From Ophelia neglecta (taxonomy: Eukaryota), in NCBI GenBank assembly GCA_965285935.1, contig OZ260666.1:1302001-1366000 (forward strand): 64,000 nucleotides of DNA, in the 5' to 3' direction. Of this stretch, positions 12,701 to 25,713 are shown piece after piece. The notes below the pieces were generated by a model. That model made no database searches. It was not told where the DNA came from and was given only the letters and a program-made list of their open reading frames with translations. The position numbers and the translations under genes were made by a program. Every line of letters starts with the position of its first letter. Position 1 is the first letter of the stretch.

Positions 12701-15700
12701 TTGTGGTGTTTGGTGTTATGAGTAGTATGTTTGTGGTGTTTGGTGTTATGAGTAGTATGTTTGTGGTGTTTGGTGTTACGAGTAGTATGTTTGTGGTGTT
12801 TGGTGTTATGAGTAGTATGTTTGTGGTGTTTGGTGTTATGAGTAGTATGTTTGTGGTGTTTGGTGTTATGAGTAGTATGTTTGTGGTGTTTGGTGTTATG
12901 AGTAGTATGTTTGTGGTGTTTGGTGTTACGAGTAGTATGTTTGTGGTGTTTGGTGTTATGAGTAGTATGTTTGTGGTGTTTGGTGTTATGAGTAGTATGT
13001 TTGTGGTGTTTGGTGTTATGAGTAGTATGTTTGTAGTGTTTGGTGTTATGAGTAGTATGTTTGTGGTGTTTGGTGTTATGAGTAGTATGTTTGTGGTGTT
13101 TGGTGTTATGAGTAGTATGTTTGTGGTGTTTGGTGTTACGAGTAGTATGTTTGTGGTGTTTGGTGTTATGAGTGGTATGTTTGTGGTGTTTGGTGTTATG
13201 AGTAGTATGTTTGTGGTGTTTGGTGTTATGAGTAGTATGTTTGTGGTGTTTGGTGTTATGAGTAGTATGTTTGTGGTGTTTGGTGTTACGAGTAGTATGT
13301 TTGTGGTGTTTGGTGTTATGAGTAGTATGTTTGTGGTGTTTGGTGTTACGAGTAGTATGTTTGTGGTGTTTGGTGTTATGAGTAGTATGTTTGTGGTGTT
13401 TGGTGTTATAAGTAGTATATTTGTGGTGTTTGAGATTGGTGTATTTGTCTCGTCACAGGTCAGAGATACCTGAAGAGGGTTTTAGACCAGCTGACACACC
13501 TCCAGACCAGCCTGCTCAATAAAAACCCTGAAACCCGGAGTCTGGTGTCCGGCGATACCCGGAGTCAAGTCTCCGGAAAGGAGGAGGCAGCCAAACAACA
13601 CAGGTAATGTAACTTAAACAATCAGGTTGATCTTATGGTCTATGGCGGAATCCATGGTCTGGTCCCTAGGAAAGCCTTCGGCCTGGTCTCCTGGGGATCC
13701 CTGTGACTCGTCTCCGGGGTCTCTTCTCTGGGGAAACCCAGGGTCTGATCTCCTGGGAATCGCTGATTCTGGTCTCTACGAGGTCTGGTCTCTTGGGAAT
13801 CGCTGGGTCTGGTCTCCTTGGAAACCCGGGATGATATGTTTACCTGGTATATTCATCAGTATATGTTCGTTGATCTAGCGGTATCTGACACATATCTGTA
13901 TTGTGTGTGAAGGACATTGCGGTCAACCCCTTCCATATCCACCATTGGGTCTTGCTGTGTTCCTGGACTATAATCATGAGGAGTTTTATACAGCACATAC
14001 TTCCAGACATACTATATTATAATCACTCCATCTTAAATTTGCTGGAATTATCAAACAAATTCTAAACTGAAATCATTATCTATGGCATAATTTAATAACT
14101 ATCACATATTAATAAATGAGTGTCATACCCACAATGCATATAAAAGAAATTTTACTCTAGAACTTTCGGATGCTCCTATTAATATATGGCATTATGTAAA
14201 ATAACTTATTTATTTCAGTAAAACTTAAAACAGTATGCCTAGGCCTATAATAAGGGTAGTATTATTCACTCCTTTTGGGCTGTCTGTCCAGATGCATTCT
14301 GATTGGTTGCCTCCATGGCCAGTGACCTATAAGAACATATGGTTCCTTGCCTTAACAGGTCAGAGAGCAACTAACAACAAAGGGTATCAGAAAGTCTAAA
14401 GTCAGAATTCAGGAATTGAGGGTCTTAAAAAAAATCTGGCATTTTGGGTTTGAAATAATTGAGAACTACAAATTAAGTTTATCCTGTTGAGCTGTATTTC
14501 ACCTTCATTGTGTTTAGTTACATGGGCAGTGATTATAACAAGACCGACAGGACACGACAGAAAGGGACGGACAAGCTACACTAGTCTGTATCACTGAAAA
14601 TCCTAACTCAACTAAATATTTCTTTGTTTCTATAGCAACCAGGATGATGATGATGAGGAGATCACAAGTGAAAGTGAGGCTGAGGATAGTAACCATGACA
14701 ACAAAGCAGACGTCAAGTCCTTGAAGCGTAAACTCTCCACTGCAGATTACCCAGAGTTCCTTGCCAAGAGACACACAGACTTCCAACATTACAGGTATAT
14801 ATGTAACAGCTAAGACCGAGGCAACATGAGGTATCTTTGAAAATAAACGACAAAAGCAGAGCCACCAAGCCACCGGGACTGGGCAGGAGACACTCACATT
14901 CAAGCATTTTCTCCTGGTGTCCTGCCCGGTATCGTAATTGCCCCCCACCCTTTTTTTTTTAAAAAGTGAAGAGATATGTATTGAGCCATGTCCCCCACCT
15001 CCGACTGACCCCCTTTACTTTTGGCTGTAGCTCGGCAACCATTAGGCCCACAGTGAATATTTTCCAAATATATATTGTAGGCCAGGGAAATTTGTTCGAG
15101 ATAGGTGGTGCCACCTAGTGCCTACACTACTTCCTCTAGAGCAATTTAATGACTTACTGAATTTCACAAAAAATGCAATTATGTTTTGCTTTTCTCTCCA
15201 TTTCTTGTTATTCCCTATGTTTTTAGCAAAATAAATTTTTTGAGGGGTCTTGGCGTGATGGACAAAATATACACACATTTTCTTTTGCCTTTCTCAACAT
15301 GTCCTGCAATTGCAAAATTGGTTAATTATAATTGAAGCATATTTATGCAAAATAGTGGCAAAAAAGTGTCTCAGATTTCATATCCAGCAAATCAAATTAA
15401 TAACAATTCTGTTGCCACGATGCCGAAATTCATCATTTCAGGACTTTTTTGCCTGTATTAATTCATACAGATAAGTTAAATGAATTTGAGGTGGGTGTAA
15501 TATTACATGTATTACGGTACAGTTCATCTGAGCCCCATGGAACCCCATGGATCTTATCCTGTTAATTAAAGAAAAAGAAAGATGATTCAATTTAGAGGAA
15601 AAGCTCCCACATGGTGTGTTTTAAGTAGTATGACAAGAATCAATAAGTAGTATTATATTACAGGAATGATGTGATCCAAAAGTGGTACGACAAGACGCGA

Positions 15701-18700
15701 GTAGTAACTGGCAAACTTTCTAAGGGCTTTGGCGCCTTCGACCAATCAGCTCTAAAACAAATAGAACAGGTAAAGCTATCAAAAAGCAAGTCGGGTGGCA
15801 AAGAGCAAGGGGAGATGTCAAAAACAGTTTACTGGTAGGTGTCAGAATAAGATAAGGTGTCACAAATCAGATAAGGGGTCAAGTCAAAAAACAAATAAGG
15901 TTTAAAGATGAGGTGTCAGCAACCAGGGATGGTGTCAAAAGACAGGTGAGTTGGTAAATTACAATAATACAAGTTATCATCTGAAATTATTAAGACTCCA
16001 AATGAAACAGAAAGAATACATTATAAGGACTGTAAAAATGTCAAACTAAAGTTACTCGGTGTAGAAATTTCATGTCGAAAATACGTTAGGGCTATAACAA
16101 TTAAAAAGCTTTGGGAGGTGGGCGGAAGTGAGGTAAAAATTTGAGTTTAGGATAGTCTGCAATAATTCGGAATTCATCCCCAGGCCATGTCACAGCCAAT
16201 CAGAAGCCATCTGATGGTAGGGTATACCTTGAAAGTAGGTAGAGATAGAACTCGAGTGTTCATTATTTAGAAATCATTGTAGGGTAGGGGCAGGGGTCAG
16301 AAAAGTTTCCTGCCTTCCCCCGCCCGCCCAACTTTGTTGAATAGCCCTGGTGAAATATGAATTACATATTAATATACAGCGAAACCTGCCTTAAAGACCA
16401 CCTCTGTAATCAGACCACCTGTCAGTTCAGACCACTAATATAAAGACCATGCTATATTCTTTCAATATTAAATAACCTGCCTAGACAGACCACCTCCAAA
16501 ATCAGACCAGCTTTTTTTAGTCCCTTTGGTGGTCTTTATTCACAGGTTTCACTGTATTAAGTATTACATATTAATTTTATTATCTTAATTGTTATGCAGA
16601 AAATCAAGTTGGCTCGTTTTGTGACACTGACCCCACTTAACAACATAATCATCAACTTTGGGACGTTAGTTTCTGGTTGGCGTGCACCATTTTTGAGACC
16701 GCATGTCAATAAATTTTTGCAATGTATTTCTCTCTATGCTGTCTTTCAAAAATATGTTCTCCGGAATTTGCTATATTTTCTACAGTGAAAACCGTAAATT
16801 GAGACCACCCAAGGGACTGGAAAATACTAGTCTGATTAAGGAGGTGGTCTGTTTAGACAGGTTATTTAACATTATGAGTGTGCAGGATGGTCTTTATATT
16901 TGTGGTCAGAATATAGAGGTGGTCTGAATATAGGGGTGGTCTTTAAGGCAGGTTTCACTGTATTTATATAGTATGTTTCTGCCTTTAAATCAAGGTCTTC
17001 TAGTTGAAAAAATAGAGTGCACATTCAGCATGTTAACCAGTTGAGAACTTTTCATATTAAATGAAAGGCTTTTCCTCATAAAAGCGAGTCAAAAATATTA
17101 GCAAAAAAAAGTCGCCCACGTGCTTGCATCAATTGTGCCAAAGTCACACTACTATTACCTTATTTATTTTTTAGGCCTAACCTATAGAAACTAGTTGCCA
17201 TGTGACACAAATAAATGAAGCTGAAATTCACTTGCCCAACTCCCATTTAACTTGCCCTGGGCACTTGGGCAATCACTTACGTCAGACCCTGCTGCTGGGT
17301 ATTCATTAAATAAGCCACCAGAGGGCAGCACGCTTGGCAACATCCACTTTTAAATATTTCACCTTATCCTTTATTTCTAATCTATTTATAAAAAGATTAA
17401 TACATGACATTGTCCATCTGATAACCACCTGTGATTATTGGTTTATAGTAAACTAGCCCCAAAGTTTTTCAACTAAAAAAAGTAGTTAGTTGTGTAGTGT
17501 CTACCATTTTGGTTGAGTATGCCTGTATTTGATTTTGGTTTACATAATGTTCTGTTTTCTGTTTTAGATAATGAGTGATCAAGATAGGCTGGTTTATAGT
17601 AAACTAGCCCCAAAGTTTTTCAACAAAAAATTGTAGTTAGTTGTGTAGTGTCTACCATTATGGTTGAGTATTTGATTTTGGTTTATAGTATGTTCTGTTT
17701 TCTGTTTTAGATTATGAGTGACCAAGATCGGCTGATAAAAAGAACCCAGCTGCGCAGGACAGCCTACACCATTCTGGGGAGGGTGGACAGTAAACCTACT
17801 CTCCCAGCAGACAGGGAGGAGGAGCCAATGGAAGAAGAGCTGGTCAGTTCTTACCGACATATCATAACCCACATTTTAGCGCCTACTTTATTAAGTGAAT
17901 CAGTCGATACCCATATTATGGGAGATTTTGATCTAATATTATATTTTAGGTAAATTTTATCATTTGTTAGAGCTTTTATTTTGAGATAAAATACATTCTA
18001 CACAGTCAACATTACAATACCAGCTGCCTTCCCAAGATGCCTCTCAAAGCACCTTCTATATGTATTTATATATTTACCTCTGCCTCTTCCCCCAGGACCA
18101 GCTACCGTCCAGAGATATACTCAAGGACTACGATCCTCAGATATTTGACGATGATGACTTTTACCACCAGTTACTACGGGAACTGATAGAGCGTAAAACA
18201 AGCGACACCAACGATCCCGTGGCTCTCAGCAGGTAACCATGGAGACTGGCAACAAAACCAGTTATCGCAGACTGTATAAGTATGAAACAGACTGAACATA
18301 TTATCATAACTCTGGTCTTTTCCATTAAAATAACTTGATACAATACCATTGTAAGTAGGGGTCATGATATTGCAAGTTTCCATGCCATTATTCAATGGAA
18401 TAGCCCTTAAAAAGAAGTTTTTAAACATTTTAAATATTTGGTCTGTAAGGTATACACTCAAATATATCACATATATGTTATGGTAAGGGAAATAATGCAT
18501 TTTAAGAAAACTGTTGCCATCATTTTTTAATAATAATGATGATACTAAAGTTCAGGACAGGAGGACACTAGATCATTAAGCAGCAGCACTTCTACAACCC
18601 AGTGCCTTTTATCAGTCATGAATTAAGCTAACATTGCTTTCTCTGACATAAATATTTCCTGGTTTAACATGTGGATGCGATACATTCAAGGAGAAAAGTC

Positions 18701-21700
18701 TCCACAATGCATACATTTGTACTTGTGTACTTGAGATCTACCTTTTCAAATGACCTTGATCCGTGAATTGAAGGATTGATGTATCGTGACCCAGGTTTTG
18801 ACATTTCTCCACATTCTTGAGGACCCAGTATGTCATTTACTGTGACCTGGGAATGTTATGTTTAATTTCCTGTGAATCGGTATTCACTGTTTCAGTTTAT
18901 CGGGATGTGGAAATAACTTATTCCTTTTGATAAGAAATTCCAGATTTAAATTGTCTGGGAATTGGGATGTGTTCCTTTTTCTGTGAATGGAGAACGGGGA
19001 CCGCCCCTAACCTCCCCTAAAGCCAATCAGAATTGATTAAGGGTTTCTGGTAACGGGCCTAAAATAATCAGGGTAGGTAGGTAGGAAAATTATTTTATTT
19101 AATTTCCTCTTCCATGGCCGGACACAAGGCTGATGGTGAGGGAAAGTTGTAGTTCTAGTTTCAGAGGGTTGGAAACAGGGACAGTGTAAAGGTATTTTAC
19201 ATTGTAAATTCATCATTGGAAATTGTCCCTTCCTCTAAATCTCAGTTCAGCCCCCCCCCCCTTCCTGAAATCATGAATCTGCAACTGAGTTGCTGCCTAA
19301 AATGGATTCAATGCTGTGATGTCAGTGGCTTCTTTAATAATGTACAGTGAAACCTGTGAATTAAGACTACCAAAAGGGACTGGAAAATGCTGGTCTGATT
19401 TTGGAGGTGGTCTGTTTAGACAGGTTATTTAACATTGAAAGTATACAGCATGGTCCTCATATTAGTGGTCTGAACTGACAGGTGGTCTAATTGTAGAGGT
19501 GGTCTTTAAGGCAGGTTTTAACTGTATTGTGATTAACGAGAATTTGTTAGAAATAGAGATAACAGAAAGAGGATATTTTCTCGATATGAGTCTGAGAGCA
19601 GTATGTAAATCAGCATTTTAAAATTGTTACCTGGTTACCGGTAGCAAATATGCAAAAAAATTTACTGTACAAATATGTCCATTCAAATGAGCCGGTTCAT
19701 GTAGCTTGTCCTGAGGTAATGTGACTCATATTTAGTCACTGAGCAGACGACAAAAGATGAAACATTGAAGTGTCAATTGAATGGATACCCGTGTCCCAGA
19801 GGCATGGTTTGTTGCACTCTGCGTGTGTAGTACACATCATGCCTGCTAAAGAAGGCCCTTGATAAAGTCTTGGGAGCCAAACTTGGTCAAAAGTGTGAAA
19901 GCATCCGCATGTCAGCCAGTAATCAACGTAACCAGATTTTCAGTCGAATTATCATCTCAAATATTCTTTACTGGGACACATGACATGGACAAAGACACTT
20001 TAATTATCGAAGCACTATAACAATTTCTACAGAAAACCAAACGCTTTTAACATCCAGGTACCCATAGTCATTACTACTTGAAAACGTTTTCTCATAACTC
20101 TTAACACTCATTTCGATATCATCTCATCTCTATTTAAATTGTAACTTTGTATTTGTGTTCTAATTTATTTTTATTTTTTTCTTGTATCTTTTTTTTCTAT
20201 TATTATTATTAATATTACTTTTGTTGGGATTATTTCCCTTTGTTTTCTTCTGCTCTGTTGTCCATGTTATCATTTATTAAGAGTTTCTTAATTCATCTTC
20301 GCCAGTACCCCACTTTTCGTTTTTCTTAACTTTTTTTATCATTTCCTTTGCTTTATATATAATTTGTACCCTGTAATACACCTCATTAGGCTTGTTTATA
20401 TAGCTTTGTGCTATTTATGATTTGGTTTGACGCATCAGTAGAAAATTATATTTTGTAATTATTTTCTTACTTTAAATTGTATTTTGATATTGTATATTTA
20501 TGTTTGGCAACCCTCCTTGATTAGCTCTTAGCTATTGAGGGAAACCAACTGATTAAATACGTTTAAACTAACCAGATTTTCCCTGGCGTCACTTAAATTT
20601 ATCCTGGCAGCTTCTGTTTCAAGTCTTTTCTTTTAGGCATCGACAAGATCCAAATATGACATGTTATTTTTCATGGGATTATGAAATTGCAGGTGGCTAC
20701 AGACTTGTCTAGCATCATTGAGCACACAAGCGGCTCGATGGGCATATTTAGAGGAGAAATTAATCTTTAAAGGCTGCATTTTGGAATTCCTCCCTGCAGT
20801 CCAAGTTCATATATTTGGTATATATTTGAGGTATTTCAAACTGGGCTGTTAGTGAGTCGGCCAGGCGATATAAAAGCTACTGCGGGTTTAGTGCGGTATT
20901 TTTTATTGTAATTATTCAGTATTTTAAAGGTATTTCAAAGATACTTTCATGGTATTGCTGCGCTAACGGCAGACACCACCGCATGTTCCACTACATTACC
21001 TAGGTGTTCCTGAGGCAATACCTAGTTACCGTACCGAGGTATCTGATCCTCTCTTGAAAGCAGGACTGGACATGTATAACCCCCCCCCCCCCACCCACAG
21101 AAAAAATTACCTAGGGTAATCAACCCTGAGCTTTAAATTCAGCATGAGAAATACACCCTCAACCCCTTCTCACACCTGCTTTTAAATGAAATAGCCCTGA
21201 ATTGAATTTTGTATAGGTTTTTTCTCTTACTACTTTACTTTTCATTTTCTTTTCAGACAGTGGCTTGAAATTCAGAAGTTGAGAAACAAAACCAAGAAGA
21301 AGGTGGACACAAAGGCCAGCAAGGGTCGGAAAGTCAGGTAGGGGTGTTGTCTGGGTAGGAAAGTCAGGTAGGGGTGGGTAACCTGTTGTAAGGGTCGGAA
21401 AGTCAGGTAGGGGTGAAAAACCTGTTGTAAGGGTCGGAAAGTCAGGTAGGGGTGAAAAACCTGTTGTAAGGGTCGGAAAGTCAGGTAGGGGTGAAAAACC
21501 TGTTGTAAGGGTCGGAAAGTCCGGTTATATAAAGGAAATCTATGGGACTAAGACTGCGTCTGTGTAATAAAAACATTCGTTCGCAAAAACGCAAACAAAG
21601 GTTTTTTTTACACTTTATTATGAAAATTGTACAGTCTCGTCTTCACTATTAGAATTTCCAAGGATCTGGGGTGGACTTTCCAAAGAAAAAAAGTTCATTA

Positions 21701-23096
21701 ACTGTTGATATCTCAACTTTGTATGTGTATTTGAATGCCATGTCTGTTGATATCTTTTCCTGTGTCTGTGTATTTGAATGTCATGTCTGTTGGTATCTTT
21801 ACCCGTGTCTGTGTATTTGAATGTCATGTCTGTTGGTATCTATACCAGTGTCTGTGTATTTGAATGTTATGTCTGTTGATATCTTTTCCTGTGTCTGTGT
21901 ATTTGAATGTCATGTCTGTTGGTATCTATACCAGTGTCTGTGTATTTGAATGTTATGTCTGTTGATATCTTTACCCGTGTCTGTGTATTTGAATGTCATG
22001 TCTGTTGGTATCTATACCAGTGTCTGTGTATTTGAATGTTATGTCTGTTGATATCTTTTCCTGTGTCTGTGTATTTGAATGTCATGTCTGTTGGTATCTA
22101 TACCAGTGTCTGTGTATTTGAATGTTATGTCTGTTGATATCTTTACCCGTGTCTGTGTATTTGAATGTCATGTCTGTTGCTATCTTTACCCGTGTCTGTG
22201 TATTTGCGTTATGGATCGAGTCTGTTGTTATATAGCAATAATATGAATTTTCAGACATGACCTTCACAAGAAGCTGGTAAACTTCATGGCGCCTTACGAC
22301 AAAACATGGTGGACAGACGAAGCTAGGTGAGTACAACCACAACAACTACAGCAAAAATAATAACAACAACTACAGCAATAACAATAACATCATCTACAGT
22401 AAAAACAATAACATCAACTACAGCAAAAACAATAACATCAACTACAGCAAAAACTAAAACATCAACTACCGGAAAACAATAACATCAACTACAGCAAAAA
22501 CAATAACAACATCTACAGTAAAAACTAAAACATCAACTACAGCAAAAACAATAACATCAACTACAGCAAAAACTAAAAAATCAACTACCGGAAAACAATA
22601 ACATCAACTACAGCAAAAACAATAACATCAACTACAGCAAAAACTAAAACATCAACTACCGGAAAACAATAACATCAACTACAGCAAAAACAATAACAAC
22701 ATCTACAGTAAAAACAATAACATCAACTACAGCAAAAACAATAACAACGACTACAGTAAAAACAATAACAGCTACAGCAAAAACAATAACAACAACTACA
22801 GGAAAGACAATAACAGCTACAGCAATAGTAAATGATGCAAATTTTTTTTTAAATGGTAGATAATAATATTGATTTCTGACCCTCCCAAATAAAGTTACTG
22901 GTAGCTTCCATGAGAAACAATGTTTAACCAATCATAACAAAGCTATGCTCTTCAAGAGTTAGTTATCAAGAGTGCTATCAATCTTTATTTATGGCTGTCT
23001 CGAATATAGGTTGTACTATTTTCCACCAGGAATGAGCTGTACAAGTCTCTGTTTGGCCGAGGGAGTACTCAGCCTGAAGACACTCTTACCAGATGA
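3744..23096 (+). CDS. AATF: Protein AATF / Che-1 / Bfr2 (apoptosis antagonizing transcription factor, SSU processome), ~565 aa, 14 coding exons
   Basis: Phase-consistent GT-AG exons: 3744-3822, 8524-8697, 9022-9190, 10224-10384, 11203-11280, 11945-12082, 13459-13603, 14636-14794, 15664-15769, 17711-17842, 18096-18232, 21257-21337, 22255-22326, 23030-23096. Motifs: [12 protein letters not shown], acidic tract, [85 protein letters not shown]. Confidence 0.95.
3995..6810 (-). mobile_element. Decayed, 5'-truncated CR1/L2-group LINE (reverse transcriptase) in AATF intron 1
   Basis: Frameshifted RT fragments: [69 protein letters not shown]. Short GAAA-type tail near 3995-4010; ends approximate. 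Confidence 0.9.
4524..5428. mobile_element. Non-autonomous Mutator/MULE-like DNA transposon nested in the LINE
   Basis: Perfect 9-bp target-site duplication ACGGTTTAA (4515-4523 and 5429-5437). Long imperfect TIRs start GGGTTCGTCGA..ACCGCACCTGGCCGCACCTG. Removing the element restores the LINE frame [14 protein letters not shown]. Confidence 0.85.
9230..9395. repeat. Dispersed repeat family (related copies at ~8160-8280 and ~14965-15125)
   Basis: Shared blocks ATGTATTG.GCCATGTCC, TAGCT(C/T)GGCA..TAGGC and GGGAAATTTGTT.GAGATAGGTGGTGCCACC. Confidence 0.6.
9971..10200. repeat. Local ~120-bp tandem duplication just upstream of the AATF exon 4 acceptor
   Basis: AAATTTTGCCTTCTGA...AGCTATGAATCTTAGTC occurs twice. 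Confidence 0.75.
10840..11202 (+). repeat. 31-32 bp minisatellite (~12 units) made of the AATF exon 5 splice acceptor
   Basis: Unit ATGGTTTGTTTACA(G/T/A)ATGATAATGATTTTTC; the last unit supplies the true acceptor at 11201-11202. Confidence 0.9.
12571..13432. repeat. 30-bp minisatellite, ~28-29 copies
   Basis: Unit AGTAGTATGTTTGTGGTGTTTGGTGTTATG, ending ~25 nt before the AATF exon 7 acceptor. Confidence 0.97.
16377..16554. mobile_element. Tc1/mariner-type MITE, family A (GACCACC motif), 178 bp
   Basis: TA-flanked, TIR CAG(C/T)GAAACCTG...CAGGTTTCACTG. Confidence 0.85.
16783..16960. mobile_element. Tc1/mariner-type MITE, family A, 178 bp, inverted relative to 16377-16554
   Basis: TA-flanked, same TIR, reverse-complement internal sequence. 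Confidence 0.85.
17440..17734 (+). repeat. ~150-bp tandem duplication of the AATF exon 10 acceptor plus the first 24 coding nt
   Basis: GGTTTATAGTAAACTAGCCCC...TTCTGTTTTAG-AT(A/T)ATGAGTGA(T/C)CAAGAT(A/C)GGCTG occurs twice. Confidence 0.9.
19345..19524. mobile_element. Tc1/mariner-type MITE, family A, 180 bp
   Basis: TA-flanked CAGTGAAACCTG...CAGGTTTTAACTG. Confidence 0.85.
21321..21525 (+). repeat. ~39-bp tandem repeat of the AATF exon 12 end plus donor
   Basis: AAGGGTCGGAAAGTCAG|GTAGGGGTG repeated ~5-6 times. Confidence 0.9.
21700..22230. repeat. 43-bp minisatellite, ~12 copies, ending just upstream of AATF exon 13
   Basis: Unit GTGTCTGTGTATTTGAATGTCATGTCTGTTGGTATCTATACCA and variants. 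Confidence 0.93.
22335..22830. repeat. ~24-bp minisatellite, ~20 copies, starting right after the AATF exon 13 donor
   Basis: Unit AACAATAACATCAACTACAGCAAA and variants. Confidence 0.92.
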
Positions 23097-23654
23097 TACT
23101 ACTCACAGCGCACTGCCACAGACAGTTATACCAAGTAAGTCACCCCCCCCCCCTCCCTCCCTCCCTCTGGAAGTATGTGGTCAAATTCCAAATCAGTCCA
23201 GAAACTCACCTGCTGAAATTAATGACTGTCTTAAAAATAGACAGCACTTTGTATTAAGTAATGACAATACACAATATTTTCTTAGAAAAGGACAAAAATA
23301 TGGGTTGAAAAAGATATGTTGTCAACTTTCTAGTTCAATAGGGGGAGGTGAGGGTCCCATGAAGGCTATTCAATCGAAAAATCTGCAGGGATGGTGAATT
23401 TTCTGGCCTCTCCTTCCCCCCAAATGCAGAATGTTCAGCCTCCCCTCCCACCCCCAACCCCTACAACCACCCACCCCTACCGCACCCACCATCAAATTTT
23501 GTTTTTTCCAGATACCCCCTTCCTCTAAATTCCATTTTTTTAAACATCCCCAACCCTTAATTCTGAGTTTTTCTGCCCCTCCCCCCAAATGCAAAAGTCA
23601 CAAAACTTTCGGAGGCTAACCTTTCAAATTCTAAATTTTTCCTGTCATTAGCAC

Positions 23655-23850
23655 CAGGTGACATTAAATTTTGATGTCCATAATCACAAAACTAGACAAT
23701 CATCCAATCTTCATTTATTACCTCCCAGAACTTCAACTATGCAACGCGATCCTATTTACCAAGCAGCCTTGTCCTACAATTTGAGCCTTGATCACATTGA
23801 TTATAATTGCTCAATACAATCCTTCAAGTTCTATCATTAAAGCTTTATTA
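23655..23850 (+). mobile_element. LINE 3'-end fragment (L2/Crack-like)
   Basis: Translation HNHKTRQSSNLHLLPPRT...YQAALSYNL resembles the C-terminus of CR1/L2-group ORF2; followed by a T-rich 3' region. Confidence 0.5.
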
Positions 23851-24711
23851 ATGTAATCATTTTTACTTTGTATCCAGCAGGCAATTTGTGTTAGTATTAT
23901 TACTGCACCTGCACCATTGCACAGGCACTCCAACTATTAAAACTTTATATTCCTTTTTTTCCTGTATCTTTGTTTCTTATTCCGATCCATATCAGTGAAT
24001 AGCTTTAACTTAATTTTTCATTTATTTTTAATCTCTCTTGTATCAATTTACTTTTTTGTCATAACAGCCAAGACAAATAAGCCCTAGGCTTCCTGTCTTT
24101 TGCCACATTTAACAAGTACTTTTCTGTTAGCAGCTGTAATATATCACAGTATGTTAGGCTTAAACATACTTATATTAATTTTGATCTGTATTCAATAATA
24201 TTCTTTAATGTGATTTGGTTATATATATCAGCATAGTCTCTGTTTGTTTCTTTGCTATCTATAAATCTTAATTTTGTATATTGTATATGTTTGATTTATT
24301 TTTCCAAAAATGTTCATATGTTATATGTTATAGAATAAACAAATAAAAATAATAAATAAATAATAAATAAATCTAAATTCTGCTTTAATGCCATTTCAGT
24401 ATTTTGGGCAAAAAGAATTGTCTTGGGGTTTGCAATTGGCAATTTATTTTTCATGATTTGCTTTTCCGGCCATTCCATCCAATATCTAATATTATGAACC
24501 AACAAAATCTTCCGATCAGGGAAATTTCAATTTTTTTGCTTTTCTCAACATTTTGAGAAAAAAATGTTGATGGGGGGGGGGGGGGGGAGGGGTGTTCTGG
24601 TGGAGTTCTGGGAATCACGTGTGCTTTGACAATGCCAGGATTCTCTCTTGTGACAGGGTTGCAATTCTAAATGCCCTGCTCTGTAAGGATTAACCATCTT
24701 TGTGATTCAGA

Positions 24712-24915
24712 TGGACAGGGGAAGGGTAACAGACCCGTCCCCTTCCTGACCCCCTCCCCCCCCCCAGGGGAAGGGTGACAGACCCGTCCCCTCCCTGACC
24801 CCCTCCCCCCCCCAGTGGAAGGGTGACAGACCCGTCCCCTCCCTGACCCCCTCCCCCCCCCCAGGGGAAGGGTGACAGACCCGTCCCCTCCCTGACCCCC
24901 TCTCCCCCCCCCCCA
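24712..24915. repeat. ~50-bp GC-rich minisatellite, 4 copies (G-quadruplex-prone)
   Basis: GGGGAAGGGTGACAGACCCGTCCCCTCCCTGACCCCCTCCCCCCCC repeated. Confidence 0.9.
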
Positions 24916-24929
24916 CATTGATTATTTTA

Positions 24930-25062
24930 TAAGATGCCTGGTATTCCAGGGGTAGTATCAGGATTGGTCAACCCGGTGTCAATATAATGTGACTGGGTGG
25001 GGGTCCCGATGTGACCAGATAAGTGTTGAAAGCCATGTTTAACCCAAAACAACCAACCAACC
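24930..25062 (+). mobile_element. SINE fragment with a (CAAC)n tail
   Basis: CCCGGTGTCAATATAATGTGACTGGGTGGGG central block resembles conserved-domain SINEs of invertebrates; ends AAACAACCAACCAACC. Confidence 0.5.
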
Positions 25063-25713
25063 ATGATCATAGTGGTCTGGGGTTATTTGATTTTATCTGT
25101 TATAGACTTGTAATTAATTATGCCTTATTTTTATTCCCCAATATATTTTGTCCCAATATATCCTTTGGTGTCTACCTAAAATATAAAATGATTTTCTTTG
25201 GAAAGTATGGATGTAGTGAAATGTTTTCCAGAACTTAAATGTTTCACCTATTTTGTAAATATTTGAAACAAATATTTGCAGATTGTAAAAATTTCCCTTA
25301 TTTATTGTTTATTTTCAATATTATTTTATCTACTGTATTTCCTCTAATTATTCATACACTTATTAATTCATACACCCCATTTAACCATAATTTTAACTTG
25401 AAATTTGCCAGTTCGGTTATGTGGTTTACTTACCATTAATTATTTGTACTAGGTAACCTATTATGAAAATATTGAAAAACTATAAACTTGGATTTGCCTC
25501 TTATTATTAATATAGGTTTTCTTGAATATATGAGGAATTATAGTAATCCTGATATTTTTCTAGTCCTGTTTGGTCATTATTGTTCTTATATAATTTTCTA
25601 TTCTAATTCATTTTTTGTTATGTTCATTATCTTGAGATATTATTGGAAACTCATAACAAAAATGTTTTAGTTAAATCAATAAATATTCATTAATATATTT
25701 TTTTCTTTTCCAG

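Noticed and set aside
12553-13473. 306-aa ORF of ([10 protein letters not shown])n
   Set aside because: A by-product of a stop-free 30-bp intronic minisatellite inside AATF intron 6.
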